This document shows positions 50,891 through 64,000 of a stretch of DNA of 64,000 nt, piece by piece. The DNA is from Mobula hypostoma (taxonomy: Eukaryota). The DNA is taken from assembly GCF_963921235.1 (NCBI RefSeq), contig NC_086097.1, positions 101,434,001 to 101,498,000 on the forward strand. The letters run 5' to 3'. The stretch's first letter is position 1. The number at the start of each line of letters is the position of its first letter. A program made the position numbers and the translations under genes. The notes beneath the pieces were generated by a model. The model made no database searches. It was not told the DNA's origin and worked only from the letters and a program-made list of their open reading frames with translations.

Positions 50891-53640
50891 TAGAACATAG
50901 AACAGTACAGCACAGTACAGGCTCTTCGGCCCACAATGCTGTGTCAACCCTCAAACCCTGCCTCCCATATAAGCCCCCACCTTAAATTCCACCATATACC
51001 TGTCTAGTAGTCTCTCAAACTTCACTAGTGTATCTGCCTCCACCACTGACTCAGGCAGTGCATTCCACGCACCAACCACTCTCTGAGTAAAAAACCTTCC
51101 TCCAATATACCCCTTGAATTTCCCACCCCTTACCTTAAAGCCATGTCCTCTTGTATTGAGCAGTGGTGCCCTGGGGAAGAGGCGCTGGCTATCCATTCTA
51201 TCTATTCCTCTTATTATCTTGTACACCTCTGTCATGTTTCCTCTCATCCTCCTTCTCTCCAAAGAGTAAAGCCCTAGCTCCCTTAATCTCTGATCATAAT
51301 GCATACTTTCTAAACCAGGCAGCTTCCTGGTAAATTTCCTCTGTGCCCTTTCCAATGCTTCCACATCCTTCCTATAGTGAGGTGACCAGAACTGGACACA
51401 GAACTCCAAGTGTGGCCTAACCAGAGTTTTATACAGCTGCATCGTTACATCCCAACTCGTAAACTCTATCCCTTGACTTATGGGGTGTTAGCTTTCATAA
51501 GCTTTCTTAACTTCCCTATCCACCTGGAGGCAACTTTCAGGGATCTGTGGACACGTACCCCGAGATCCCTCTGCTCCTCCACACTACCAAGTATCCTGCC
51601 ATTTACTTTGTACTCTGCCTTGGATTTTGTCCTTCCAAAGTGTACCACCTTACACTTCTCTGGGTTGAACTCCATCTGCCACTTCTCAGCCCACTTCTGC
51701 ATCCTATCAATGTCTCTCTGCAATCTTCGACAATCCTCTACACTATCTACACCACCACCAACCTTTGTGTCGTCTGCAAACTTGCCAACCCACCCTTCTA
51801 CCCCCACATCCAGGTCGTTAATAAAAATCACGAAAAGTAGAGGTTCCAGAACAGATCCTTGTGGGAGACCACTAGTCACAACCCTCCAATCTGAATGTAC
51901 TCCCTCCACCACGACCCTCTGCCTTCTGCAGGCAAGCCAATTCTGAATCCACCTGGCCAAACTTCCCTGGATCCCATGCCTTCTGACTTTCTGAGTAAGC
52001 CTACTATGTAGAACCTTGTCAAATGCCTTACTAAAATCCATATAGATCACATCCACTGCACTACCCTCATCTATATGCCTGGTTACCTCCTCAAAGAACT
52101 CTATCAGGCTTGTTAGACACGATCTGCCCTTCACAAAACCATGCTGACTGACCCTGATCAGACCATGATTCTCTAAATGCCCAGAGATCCTATCTCTAAG
52201 AATCTTTTCCAACAGCTTTCCCACCACAGATGTAAGGCTCACTGGTCTATAATTACCTGGACTATCCCTACTACCTTTTTTGAACAAGGGGACAACATTC
52301 ACCTCCCTCCAATCCTCCGGTACTATTCCCATGGACAATGAGGACATAAAGATCCTAGCCAGAGGCTCAGCAATCTCTTCCCTCACCTTGTGGAGCAGCC
52401 TGGGGAATATTCCGTCGGGCCCCGGGGACTTATCCGTCCTAATGTATTTTAACAACTCCAACACCTCCTCTCCCTTAATATCTACATGCTCCAGAACATC
52501 AACCTCACTCATATTGTCCTCACCATCAAGTTCCCTCTCATTGGTGAATACCGAAGAAAAGTATTCATTGAGGACCTCGCTCACTTCCACAGCCTCCAGG
52601 CACATCTTCCCACCTTTATCTCTAATCGGTCCTACCTTCACTCCTGTCATCCTTTTTTTCTTCACATAATTGAAGAATGCCTTGGGGTTTTCCTTTACCC
52701 TACTTGCCAAGGCCTTCTCATGCCCCCTTCTTGCTCTTCTCAGCCCCTTCTTAAGCTCCTTTCTTGCTTCCCTATATTCCTCAATAGACCCATCTGATCG
52801 TTGCTTCCTAAACCTCGTGTATGCTGCCGCCTTCCACCTGACTAGATTTTCCACCTCACTTATCACCCGTGGTTCCTTCACCCTACCATTCTTTATCTTC
52901 CTCACCGGAACAAATTTATCCCTAACATCCTGCAAGAGATCTCTAAACATCAACCACATGTCCATAGTACATTTCCCTGCAAAAACATCATCCCAATTCA
53001 CACCCGCAAGTTCTAGCCTTATAGTCTCAGAATTTGCCCTTCCCCAATTAAAAATTTTCCTGTCCTCTCTGATTCTATCCTTTTCCATGATAATGCTAAA
53101 GGCCAGGGAGTGGTGGTCACTGTCCCCCAGATGCTCACCCACTGAGAGATCTGTGACCTGACTCGGTTCATTACCTAGTACTAGATCTAGTATGGCATTC
53201 CCCCTAGTCGGCCTGTCCACATACTGTGACAGGAATCCATCCTGGACACACTTAACAAACTCTGCCCCATCTAAACCCTTAGAACTAATCAGGTGCCAAT
53301 CAATATTAGGGAAGTTAAAGTCACCCATAACAACCGCCCTGTTATTTTTGCACTTTTCCAAAATCTGCCTCCCAATCTGCTCCTCTGTATCTCTGCTGCT
53401 ACCACGGGGCCTATAGAATACCCCCAGGAGAGTAACTGCTCCCTTCCTGTTCCTGACTTCCACCCATACTGACTCAAAAGAGGATCCTGCTACATTACCC
53501 ACCCTTTCTGTAGCTGTAATAGTATCCCTGACCAGTATTGCCACCCCTTCCCTTTTTCCACCCTCTCTATCCCTTTTAAAGCACTGAAATCCAGGAATAT
53601 TGAGAATCCATTCCTGCCCTGGTGCCAGCCAAGTCTCTGT
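50891..53640 (-). mobile_element. 5'-truncated CR1 of a different subfamily nested in ORF1 of the plus-strand CR1
   Basis: From TETWL (EN) through RT (YMDFSKAFDKV, KFADDTKVGG) to a gttctatgttcta tail; splits GRAVV|VGDS. Confidence 0.93.
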
Positions 53641-54530
53641 AGGAGTAGGGGACTCCATAGTGAGAGGTACAGAAATGGGTTTCTGTGGCAACAGGCGAGA
53701 TTTGAGGATGGTGTGTTGCCTCCCTGGTGCCAGGATCCAGGATGTCATGGACGGATGGCAGGGAATTCTCAAGAGTGAAGGTGAACATCCGGAAGTGGTG
53801 GTGCAGGTCAGCACAAATGATGTGGGGAAGAAGAGGAAAGACATTCTACAGCGTGACTTCAGAAAACTCGGAAGAAGGCTGAAAAGCAGGACTTCCAGGG
53901 TGGTTGTCTCCAGTTTGCTTCCAGTTCCCCGTGCTGGAGAGGTCAAGAACAGAGAGATAATGGATCTGAATGTGTGGCTGAGGAACTGGTGCAGGAAGCA
54001 AGGATTTACATTCCTGGACCATTGGGGTATGTTTCGGGGTAAGGATGAATTGTACAAAAGGGACGGGTTGCACCTTAATAAGCGGGGCACCAGCATTCTG
54101 GCAGGCAGGTTTGCCTTTGCAACACGGGTGTGTTTAAACTAAGTAGTGGGGGGAGGGGACGAACTGGAAATGTAAGGATGGAGTTAAAGGGAAAGTGAGA
54201 ATATGAGAAGTTAAGAAAGACAGCAGAATCAACAGAGCAGAAAGCTCAAGAAGGGATCGTACAGTATGGCCAAGTGAAATAGGAATTGGTATGGGAGGTG
54301 AGGGGAGTAATGAATTAAAAGTATTGTATATGGATGCACGGAGTATCAGAAATAAAGTGGATGAGCTTGAGGCACAGTTGGAAATTGTTAAGTATGATGT
54401 TGTGGGAATAACAGAGACATGGCTTCAAGCGGACAAGGCCTGGGAAATGAATATTCAAGGGTATACGTCCTATCGAAAGGACAGACTGATGGGCAGAGGG
54501 GGTGGGGTGGCTCTGTTGGTGAGGAATGAT

Positions 54531-55440
54531 ACCACCCTGATAGGTATCATATCAGACTGTGATGAGACAGCCTATAGGGAGGAGGTACAGCATTTGACAG
54601 AATGGTGTTGTCATAATAACCTGGACTTGAACATCACAAAAACCAAGGAGCTGATAGTAGACTTCAGGAAATCAAAGCACATCGAGCACTCTGCTCTGCA
54701 CACATATGGGAAAGAGGTGGAGAGAGTAGAGAGTTTCAAGTTCCTTGGCGTCCACATCTCGGCTGACCTCACCTGGACTGCCCATATCTCTTATCAGGTG
54801 GGGAAGGCCCAACAGAGGCTCTACTTCCTAAGGAAGTTAAAGCACGCTCTCCTCTCTCATCACCTGCTGATCAACTTCTATCGGACAACTATAGAGAGCC
54901 TCCTGACGTATTGCTGTGCAATGTGGTTTGCCAGCTGCACAGAACAGAACAGGAAGGACTTGCAGCGGGTGGTGAGGGTAGCAGAGCGGGTTATTGGCAC
55001 AACATTACCCTCCCTCAGAGACATTTATACTGGCAGACTTCAAAAGAAGGCTACTTGTATTTCAAAGGATCTCACTCATCCTGGACATCACTTGTTTTCC
55101 CCTCTATCTTCTGGGAAGAGATACAGAGCATTAAGGACGAAAACAAAGAGACTCCTTAACAGCTTCTACCCACAAGCAGTGAAATGTATAACACCCCCTT
55201 CCGTTCTCCTGACCCCCCTCCTAAGACAGCGGCAGGTAAATGCATCACACTTCCAGGAATGGCAGGTGTGCAATAGTCCTACCCCCCCATCCATATATTA
55301 TTAATTTTGGACTGCACTCCTGAGGTTTTAGAGTTTATTTTATGTATATATTCTTTGTCATGCTGCAAAACGTTGAGCTGCTAAACTGTGTTTCATTGCT
55401 CCACAACAATGACAATAAAGATATTCTAATTCTAATTCTA
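54531..55440 (+). mobile_element. 5'-truncated Rex1/Babar-like LINE nested in CR1 ORF2
   Basis: DTTLIGIIS...WCCHNNLDLNITKTKELIVDFRK...NSFYPQAV, then AATAAA and an (ATTCTA)3 tail; CR1 VRND|IQSLARGDI resumes. Confidence 0.9.
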
Positions 55441-58400
55441 ATATTCAGTCCCTTGCAAGGGGGGACATAGAATGAGGAGATGTAGAGTCAGTATGGATAG
55501 AACTGAGAAATTCTAAGGGTAGAAAGACCCTAATGGGAATTATCTACAGGCCCCCAAACAGTAGTCTGGATGTAGGGTGTAAGTTGAATCAAGAGTTAAA
55601 ATTGGCATGTCGCAAAGGTAATGCTACAGTTGTTATGGGGGATTTCAACATGCAGGTAGACTGGAGGAATCAGGTTGGTACTGGACCCCAAGAAAGGGAG
55701 TTTGTGGAGTCCCTCTGAGATGGATTCTTAGAACAGCTTGTACTGGAGCCTACCAGAGAGAACGCAATTCTAGATTTAGTGTTGTGCAATGAACTGGATT
55801 TGATCAGGGACCTCGAGGTAAAGGAACCATTAGGAGGTAGTGACTGTAATATGATAAGTTTTAATCTACAATTTGAGAGGGAGAAGGGAAACTCAGAAGT
55901 GTCAGTATTACAGTTGAACAAAGGGAACTATGGTGCTATGAGGGAGGAGCTGGCCAAAGTTCAATGGAACAATACCCTAGCAGGGATGACAGTGGAACAG
56001 GAATGGCAAGTGTTTCTGGGAATAATGCAGAAGGTGCAGGATCAGTTTGTTCCAAAGAGGAAGAAAGATCCTAAGGGGAGTAAGGGGAGACCGTGGCTGA
56101 CAAGGGAAGTAATGGACAGTATAAAAATAAAAGAGAAGAAGTATAACATAGCAAAGACGAGTGGGAAGCTGGAGGATTGGGAAACTTTTAAAGAGCAACA
56201 GAAGGTAACTAAAAAGGCAATATGCGGAGAAAAAATGAGGTACGAAGGTAAACTAGCCAAGAATATAAAGGAGGATAGTAAAAGCTTCTTTAGGTATGTG
56301 AAAAGGAAAAAAAAAGTTAAGACCAAAATTGGGCCCTTGAAGACAGAAACGGGTGAATTTATTATGGGGAACAAGGAAATGGCAGATGAGTTGAACAGGT
56401 ACTTTGGATCTGTCTTCACTAGGGAAGACACAAACAATCTCCCAGATATAATAGTGGCCAAAGGACCTAGGGTAATGGATGAACTGAAGGAAATTTATAT
56501 TAGGCAGGAAATGGTGTTGGATAGACTGTTGGGTCTGAAGGCTGATAAGTCCCCGGGACCTGATGGTCTGCATCCCAGGGTAGTTAAGGAGGTGGCTTTA
56601 GAAATCGTGGAAGCATTGGTAATCATTTTCCAATGTTCGATAGATTCAGGATCAGTTCCTGTGGATTGGAGGGTGGCTAATGTTGTCCCTCTCTTCAAGA
56701 AGGGAGGAAGAGAGAAAACAGAGAATTATAGACTGGTTAGCCTGACATTGGTGGTGGGAAAGATGCTGGAGTTAATTATAAAAGATGAAATTACGTCACA
56801 TCTGGATAGTAGTAACAGGATCGGTCTGAGTCAGCATGGGTTTACGAAGGGGAAATCGTGCTCGTCTAATCTGGAATTTTTTGAGGATGTAACTATGAAA
56901 ATGGACAAGGGAGAGCCAGTGGATGTAGTGTACCTGGACTTTCAGAAAGCCTTTGATAAAGTCCCACATAGGAGATTAGTGGGCAAAATTAGGGCACATG
57001 GTATTGAGGGCAGAGTACTGACATGGATTGAAAATTGGCTGGCTGACAGAAAACAGAGTAGCGATTAATGGGTACCTTTCGGAATGGCAGGCGGTGACCA
57101 GTGGGGTACTGCAGGGTTCAGTGCTGGGACCGCAGCTGTTTACAATATATATTAATGATTTAGATGAGGGAATTAAAAGTAACGTTAGCAAATTTGCCGA
57201 TGACACAAAGCTGGGTGGCAGTGTGAAATGTGAGGAGGATGTTATGAGAATGCAGGGTGACTTGGACAGGCTGGGTGAGTGGGCAGATGCATGACAGATG
57301 CAGTTTAATGTGGAAAAATGTGAGGTTATCCACTTTGGTGGTAAGAATAGGAAGGCAGATTATTATCTAAATGGAGTCAAGTTAGGAAAAGGGGAAGTAC
57401 AACGAGACCTAGGTGTTCTTGTACCTCAGTCACTGAAAGCAAGCATGCAAGTACAACAGGCTGTGAAGAAAGCTAATGGCATGCTGGCCTTCATAACAAG
57501 GGAAATTGAGTGTAAGAGCAAAGAGGTCCTTCTGCAGCTGTACAGGGCCCTGGTGAGACCACACCTGGAGTACTGTGCAGTTTTGGTCTCCAAATTTGAG
57601 GAAGGACATTCTTGCTATTGAGGGAGTGCAGCATAGGTTCACAAGGTTAATTCCCGGGATGGCGGGACTGGGCTTGTATACTCTGGAATTTAGAAGGCTG
57701 AGAGGGGATCTGATTGAAACATATAAGATTATTAAGGGATTGGACACGCTGGAGGCAGGAAGCATGTTCCCGCTGATGGGTGAGTCCAGAACCAGAGGGC
57801 ACAGGTTAAGAATAAGGGGTAGGCCATTTAGAACGGAGTTGAGGAAAAACTTTTTCACCCAGAGTGGTGGATGTATGGAATGCTCTGCCCCAGAAGGCTG
57901 TGGAGGCCAAGTCTCTGGATGCTTTCAAGAAAGAGATGGATACAGTTCTTACAGATAGCGGAATCAAAGATTATGGGGATAAGGCAGGAACTGGATACTG
58001 ATGGTGGATGATCAGCCATGATCACAGTGAATGGCGGTGCTGGCTCGAAGGGCCGAATGGCCTACTCCTGCACCTATTGTCTATTATCACCAACAGTAGC
58101 TTATCACAAAGGGGACCATCTTCAAGGGAACCACCACCCAGGCAAGGGTTGACACACCGGTAGATTCCACAAGGTTACCCCAAACACACAACGTGATAGC
58201 CACTTATCCAGTTTCACGACATAAGAAACAACTCCAACAGTGATTTGCCACAGGGGTGCCTTTCTTCAGTAAACTACCACACCCAGAGGGTAAATACACA
58301 CGTGGTATTCACAAAGGTTTTCCCCCTCACCAGAGAACCCACTCCTGTGGATTAACTAAGTGATAATCACACTTTCATAGTCGAATGGAAACAAACTCAT

Positions 58401-58850
58401 CCTCACGGGCTACTTAGAGAGAGCATCCAAACAGTGATCTCTTTGTCACTAGGTTTCTTCTGTTTCAAACCTATCGCTCCTATCTTCTCTTCCTGCAAAC
58501 TTGTTCTAGTTGCAGAAAACTTGCGAGAGTCGTTTATCAATACTCAGGATCGATCTCAACTCACCCCTTTTGGACTACTGAAAGTTTAAACCAGGACCTC
58601 ACTCACTGGTGTCTTTCATTGATCGAAACCATCTTGACTCTGAGCATGTGTTTCTCTGTGTCTGCAACTGTCCTTGTAAAAAGTAAACACGCTGCAGAGA
58701 AACCATAACATCGATTGTCCAACAAATAAATCTCTCTCGCTCTCTCTCCCTCTCACACACAGCTCAAACAGTGTCCAAAAGTCAGTCTCATTCTTCTGGC
58801 GTTTTAAAGTGACAGTCCACAGAAAATATGAACCCTAGGGGTACATAACA

Positions 58851-61800
58851 TCCCCACATATCACGCATCTTCCATTTACCATCTTCAATATCAACACTTC
58901 CTCACACCTCTCTTATCTGTCTCCACCTACCACCGAGTCCCAACACTTCCCCATCCCTCCCTCATCTGTACCTACCTACCACCCCAGACTCAACATCTCA
59001 TCCTTCCCTTATCTGTCTCCATATATCATCAGCCATCCTCAGTCTCAATACTAACCCATCCCTTCCTTATCTGTCTCCATCTACCATCCTCAGTCTCAAC
59101 ACTTCCCCATCCCTCAACAGTCTCCCAACCCACCTATCACAACCAGACTTAACACTTCCCCATCCCTTCCTTGTCTCCATCTACCATCCTCAGTCTCAAA
59201 CTTCCCCATAGCTGTCTCCACTTGCCACCCAACATCCCCTATGTCAAAACACCCCCACTCCCTCACTTATCTATCTCCACCTATCATCTACGCTCATGAG
59301 TCTCAAAACCCACCCATCCCTCCCTGATCTGTCTCCATCTACCATCCTCGTTATCAAAACATCCCTGTCCCTCACTAATCTGTCTCCATCTACCATCCAC
59401 GTTATCAACACTTCCCTGTCCCTCCCTGATCTGTCTCCATCTACCATCCTCGTTATCAACACTTCCTTGTCCCTCCCTGATCTGTCTCCATCTACCATCC
59501 TCGTTATCAACACTTCCCTGTCCCTCACTAATCTGTCTCCATCTACCATCCACGTTATCAACACTTCCTCATCCCTCCCTGATCTGTCTCCATCTACCAT
59601 CCCCGTTATCAACACTTCCCCATGCCTCACTGATCTGTCTCCATCTACCATCCTCGTTATCAACACTTCCCCATCCCTCCCTGATCTGTCTCCATCTACC
59701 ATCCTTGTTATCAACACTTCCCCATCCCTCACTGATCTGTCTCCATCTACCATCCTCGTTATCAACACTTCCCCATCCCTCCCTGATCTGTCTCCATCTA
59801 CCATCCTTGTTATCAACACTTCCCCATCCCTCACTGATCTGTCTCCATCTACCATCCTCGTTATCAACACTTCCCTGTCACTCCCTGATCTGTCTCCATC
59901 TACCATCCTCGTTATCAACACTTCCCCATCCCTCCCTGATCTGTCTCCATCTACCACCCTCATTATCAACACTTCCCCATCCCTCACTGATCTGTCTCCA
60001 TCTACCATCCTCGTTATCAACACTTCCCCATCCCTCCCTGATCTGTCTCCATCTACCATCCCCGTTATCAACACTTCCCCATCCCTCCCTGATCTGTCTC
60101 CATCTACCATCCTCGTTATCAACACTTCCCTGTCCCTCCCTGATCTGTCTCTATTTACCATCCTCGTTATCAACATTTCCCCATCCCTCCCTAATCTGTC
60201 TCCATCTACCATCCTCGTTATCAACACTTCCCCATCCCTCACTAATCTGTCTCCATCTACCATCCTCGTTATCAACACTTCCCCATCCCTCCCTGATCTG
60301 TCTCCATCTACCATCCTCGTTATCAACACTTCCCCATCCCTCACTGATCTGTCTCCATCTACCATCCTCGTTATCAACACTTTCCTGTCCCTCCCTGATC
60401 TGTCTCTATCTGCCATCCTCGTTATCAACACTTCCCCATCCCTCACTGATCTGTCTCCATCTACCATCCTCGTTATCAACACTTCCCTGTCCCTCCCTGA
60501 TCTGTCTCTATCTGCCATCCTCGTTATCAACACTTCCCCATCCCTCACTAATGTCTCCATCTACCATCCACGTTATCAACACCTCCCTGTCCCTCCCTGA
60601 TCTGTCTCCATCTACCATCCTTGTTATCAACACTTCCCCATCCCTCACTAATCTGTCTCCATCTACCATCCCCATTATCAACACTTCCCTGTCCCTCCCT
60701 GATCTGTCTCCATCTACCATCCCCGTTATCAACACTTCCCTGTCCCTTGCTGATCTATCTCCATCTACCATCCTCGTTATCAACACTTCCCCATCCCTCA
60801 CTAATCTGTCTCCATCTACCATCCTCGTTATCAACACTTCCCCATCCCTCACTAATCTGTCTCCATCTACCATCCCCGTTATCAACACTTCCCCATCCCT
60901 CACTAATCTGTCTCCATCTACCATCCCCGTTATCAACACTTCCCTGTCCCTCCCTGATCTGTCTCCATCTACCATCCTCGTTATCAACACTTCCCCATCC
61001 CTCCCTGATCTGTCTCCATCTACCATCCTCGTTATCAATACTTCCCCATCCCTCCCTGATCTGTCTCCATCTACCATCCTAGTTATCAACACTTCCCCAT
61101 CCCTCCCTGATCTGTCTCCATCTACTATCCTCGTTATCAATACTTCCCCATCCCTCCCTGATCTGTCTCCATCTACCATCCACGTTATCAACACTTCCCT
61201 GTCCCTCCCTGATCTGTCTCCATCTACCATCCTCGTTATCAAAGCTTCCCCATCCCTCCCTGATCTGTCTCCATCTACCATCCTCGTTATCAACACTTCC
61301 CCATCCCTCCCTGATCTGTCTCCATCTACCATCCCCGTTATCAACACTTCCCTGTCCCTCCCTGATCTGTCTCCATCTACCATCCTTGTTATCAACACTT
61401 CCCTGTCCCTCCCTGATCTGTCTCCATCTACCATCCTCATTATCAACATTTCCCCATCCCTCCCTAATCTGTCTCCATCTACCATCCTCGTTATCAACAC
61501 TTCCCTGTCCCTCCCTGATCTGTCTCCATCTACCATCCACGTTATCACCACTTCCCCATCCCTCCCTGATCTGTCTCCATCTACCATCCTCGTTATCAAC
61601 ACTTCCCCATCCCTCACTGATCTGTCTCTATCTGCCATCCTCGTTATCAACACTTCCCTGTCCCTCCCTGATCTGTCTCCATCTACCATCCACGTTATCA
61701 ACACTTCCCCATCCCTCCCTGATCTGTCTCCATCTACCATCCTCGTTATCAACGCTTCCCCATCCCTCACTGATCTGTCTCTATCTGCCATCCTCGTTAT

Positions 61801-64000
61801 CAACACTTCCCCATCCCTCCCTGATCTGTCTCCATCTACCATCCTCGTTATCAACACTTCCCCATCCCTCACTAATGTCTCCATCTACCATCCTTGTTAT
61901 CAACACTTCCCTGTCCCTCCCTGATCTGTCTCCATCTACCATCCACGTTATCAACACTTCCCCATCCCTCCCTGATCTGTCTCCATCTACCATCCTCATT
62001 ATCAACACTTCCCCATCCCTCACTGATCTGTCTCTATCTGCCATCCTCGTTATCAACACTTCCCCATCCCTCCCTGATCTGTCTCCATCTACCATCCTCG
62101 TTATCAACACTTCCCCATCCCTCACTAATGTCTCCATCTACCATCCTTGTTATCAACACTTCCCTGTCCCTCCCTGATCTATCTCCATCTACCATCCACG
62201 TTATCAACAGTTCCCCATCCCTCACTAATCTGTCTCCATCTACCATCCCCGTTATCAACACTTCCCCATCCCTCCCTGATCTGTCTCCATCTACCATCCC
62301 CGTTATCAACACTTCCCCATCCCTCCCTGATCTGTCTCTATCTACCATCCTCATTATCAACACTTCCCCATCCCTCCCTGATCTGTCTCAATCTACTATC
62401 CCCATTATCAACACTTCCCCAGCATCCCCTTAGCTGTTACTATGCACCACACCCAGTTTCAACATTTCCCAATCCCTCCCTCATCTGTCTCCACCTACCA
62501 ATCCCTGACTCAATACATCTCCATCCCTCCCTTATCTGGCTTGATCTGCAGTCCTCAGTCTCAACACTTCTTCATTCCTCCCGTTCTCCTCCAATCACTC
62601 TCAGCCTCAGAATACTTCCCCAATCCTCCATTATCTGTCTCCACCTATCATCCCAAGTCTCAACACTTTCCCATCTGTCCCTGTTATATCTCCATCTACC
62701 ATCCTGCTCTCAATACTTCCCTTGTCTGTCTCCACCTACAATCCGCAATACTCCATCCCTCTCTTATCTGTTTTCATCTGTCACCTGCAGGTTCTACACT
62801 TCCATTTCCCTTCCTTATTCATCTCCACCTACATCCCCCACCCCGACTTAATACTTTCCCATCTCGCCAATCATCTATCAGCATCAGTCACACTTCCTAT
62901 CCCTCCCTTATTTGTCAACACCCTTCTTCCAAAATCTCAAAATGTTCTATTTTTTCCCTCATCTCTCATCACCTATCACCACAGTCAACACATCTGCATC
63001 ACCCTTTATCTGTCCCCACCTACCAACCCCATTCCCTTATCTGTCCCCAACTACCACCTACCACCACCAGTCTCAATACTTTTTCATTCCTCCAGCAGGT
63101 CTTCATCAACCGCTACCATCTTCAGTCTCAAACTTGCCCATCCCATCTACCATCCTTTGCCTCAATCATACCCCATCCCTCCCTTATCTCTCTCCACCTA
63201 CAACCCCCAGTCTCACCACTTCACCACCACTCCCTTATCTCTGTCAACCTTCCACCTACCAACCCCAATGTCAACACTTCCCCATCACCCCATATCTGTC
63301 TCCACCCATCACCTACCATTCCTAGTCTCAACACTTCCCTATCCCTCCCTGATCTATCTCCATCAACAATCCAGTGTCCACACTTCCCCACCCCTCCGTT
63401 AGCTGTCTCTAACTACCACAAACCACCCCCAGACTCACTTGCCCAACCCTCCCTTGTCTGTATCCACCTAATTACAATCCCTATTGTCAACAATTGCTCA
63501 TCCTTCCCTTGTCTCCACCTACCACTCTCAACACACTTCCCCATCCTTCTCTTATCTGTCTCTCCACCTACCACCCTCCAGTCCAAGTCTCAACACTTCC
63601 CCATCCTTCTCTTATCTGTCTCTCCACCTACCACCCTCCAGTCCAAGTCTCAACACTTCCTTATCCTTTCCTCTATCTGGCTCCATCTACTATCCTCAGT
63701 CTCAACTCTTTCCCATCCCTCCCCTTTCTGTCTCCATCTCCCAATCCTCCCTTGGCTGTCTCCACCTGTCACCCTCAGACTCAACATTTCCTCTTACCTC
63801 CCTTATCCGTCTCCACCTACGACCTACCCTAACCAGTCTCAACACTTTTCCATCCGTCCCAGATCTTTCTACATCTACCGAGTCTCAACACTACTCCATC
63901 CCTCCCTTATCTGTCTTCACTTACATCCTCAGTATCAACACTTCCCCATTGCTCCCTCACTGTCTATATATATCACCATCAGATGCAACACTTCCCCACC
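58851..64000 (+). repeat. Continuation of the ~50-bp satellite to the window end
   Basis: Same consensus as 39986-46802; resumes directly after the Gypsy TSD. Confidence 0.92.
59314..62420 (+). repeat. Young homogeneous 51-bp tandem array (~60 units)
   Basis: Unit gatctgtctccatctaccatcctcgttatcaacacttccccatccctccct with a few recurring variants and occasional 49-bp units. Confidence 0.96.

Larger units (their letters stand above)
50174..58082 (+). mobile_element. Near full-length CR1 LINE (5' UTR, ORF1 zinc finger + SGNH esterase, ORF2 EN+RT) inserted in the Gypsy 5' LTR
   Basis: ORF1 50444-50890 (CAAC...C, coiled coil) and ~53640-54142 (VGDSIVR, DGLHL). ORF2 pieces 54291-54530 and 55441-58000. 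CR1 3' hairpin. Short duplication ATTAT at both ends. Confidence 0.93.
46803..58850 (-). mobile_element. Non-autonomous Gmr1-like Gypsy LTR retrotransposon inserted in the satellite
   Basis: TSD TCCCC (46798-46802 and 58851-58855). 3' LTR 46803-47837 and interrupted 5' LTR 49651-58850, both TGTTA...TAACA. PPT gggggagg at 47838-47845. PBS beside 49651. Confidence 0.9.

Noticed and set aside
51478..54096. 872-aa ORF as a novel protein
   Set aside because: Its N-terminus is antisense read-through of the host CR1 esterase region, joined to the ORF2 of the nested CR1.
53640..54142. SGNH/GDSL esterase as a captured host gene
   Set aside because: An esterase domain is an established part of CR1 ORF1; a homologous piece occurs at 23643-23880.
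54291..55304. 337-aa chimeric ORF (CR1 endonuclease start fused to Rex1/Babar RT end)
   Set aside because: Chance in-frame nesting; both domains are incomplete and the RT piece begins within the catalytic DD motif.
59314..62420. CRISPR-like regular periodicity
   Set aside because: Head-to-tail repeats with no unique spacers, no cas genes and a vertebrate context.
59271..62433. Long ORFs (up to 739 aa) on both strands
   Set aside because: They arise from a 51-bp (3n) unit lacking stops in several frames, and frames shift at 49-bp units. No coding evidence.

Overview
Vertebrate genomic DNA. The mix of CR1, L1, Rex1/Babar and Penelope repeats suggests a cartilaginous fish such as a ray (inference from repeat style). 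The only recognisable host gene is PLEKHD1 on the minus strand. Its coding exons 1 (3842-3990) and 2 (591-684) lie in the window with a CpG-rich promoter, and the rest of the gene continues beyond base 1. The upstream ~59 kb is mostly transposon relics and tandem repeats, with two large nested stacks. (1) A full-length L1 (20014-38549, 14-bp TSD) carries two CR1 inserts, a Penelope, a hAT/Charlie element that itself holds a fold-back Penelope piece, and a second full-length L1 in opposite orientation. (2) A non-autonomous Gmr1-like Gypsy element (46803-58850, TSD TCCCC) sits inside a ~51-bp satellite. Its 5' LTR carries a near full-length CR1, which is itself interrupted by a CR1 and a Rex1/Babar fragment. 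Most notable: a double primer-binding site in the Gypsy leader (42-nt tRNA-Thr copy, relic LTR end, decayed tRNA-Pro-like PBS) that looks like a fossil primer switch; minimal hammerhead ribozymes at Penelope termini; a 177-bp patch apparently copied from the host L1 into the nested L1; and a satellite with higher-order structure, an inverted block and a young homogeneous expansion. I found no new protein-coding system. All coordinates and identities were read by eye, and no searches were run.
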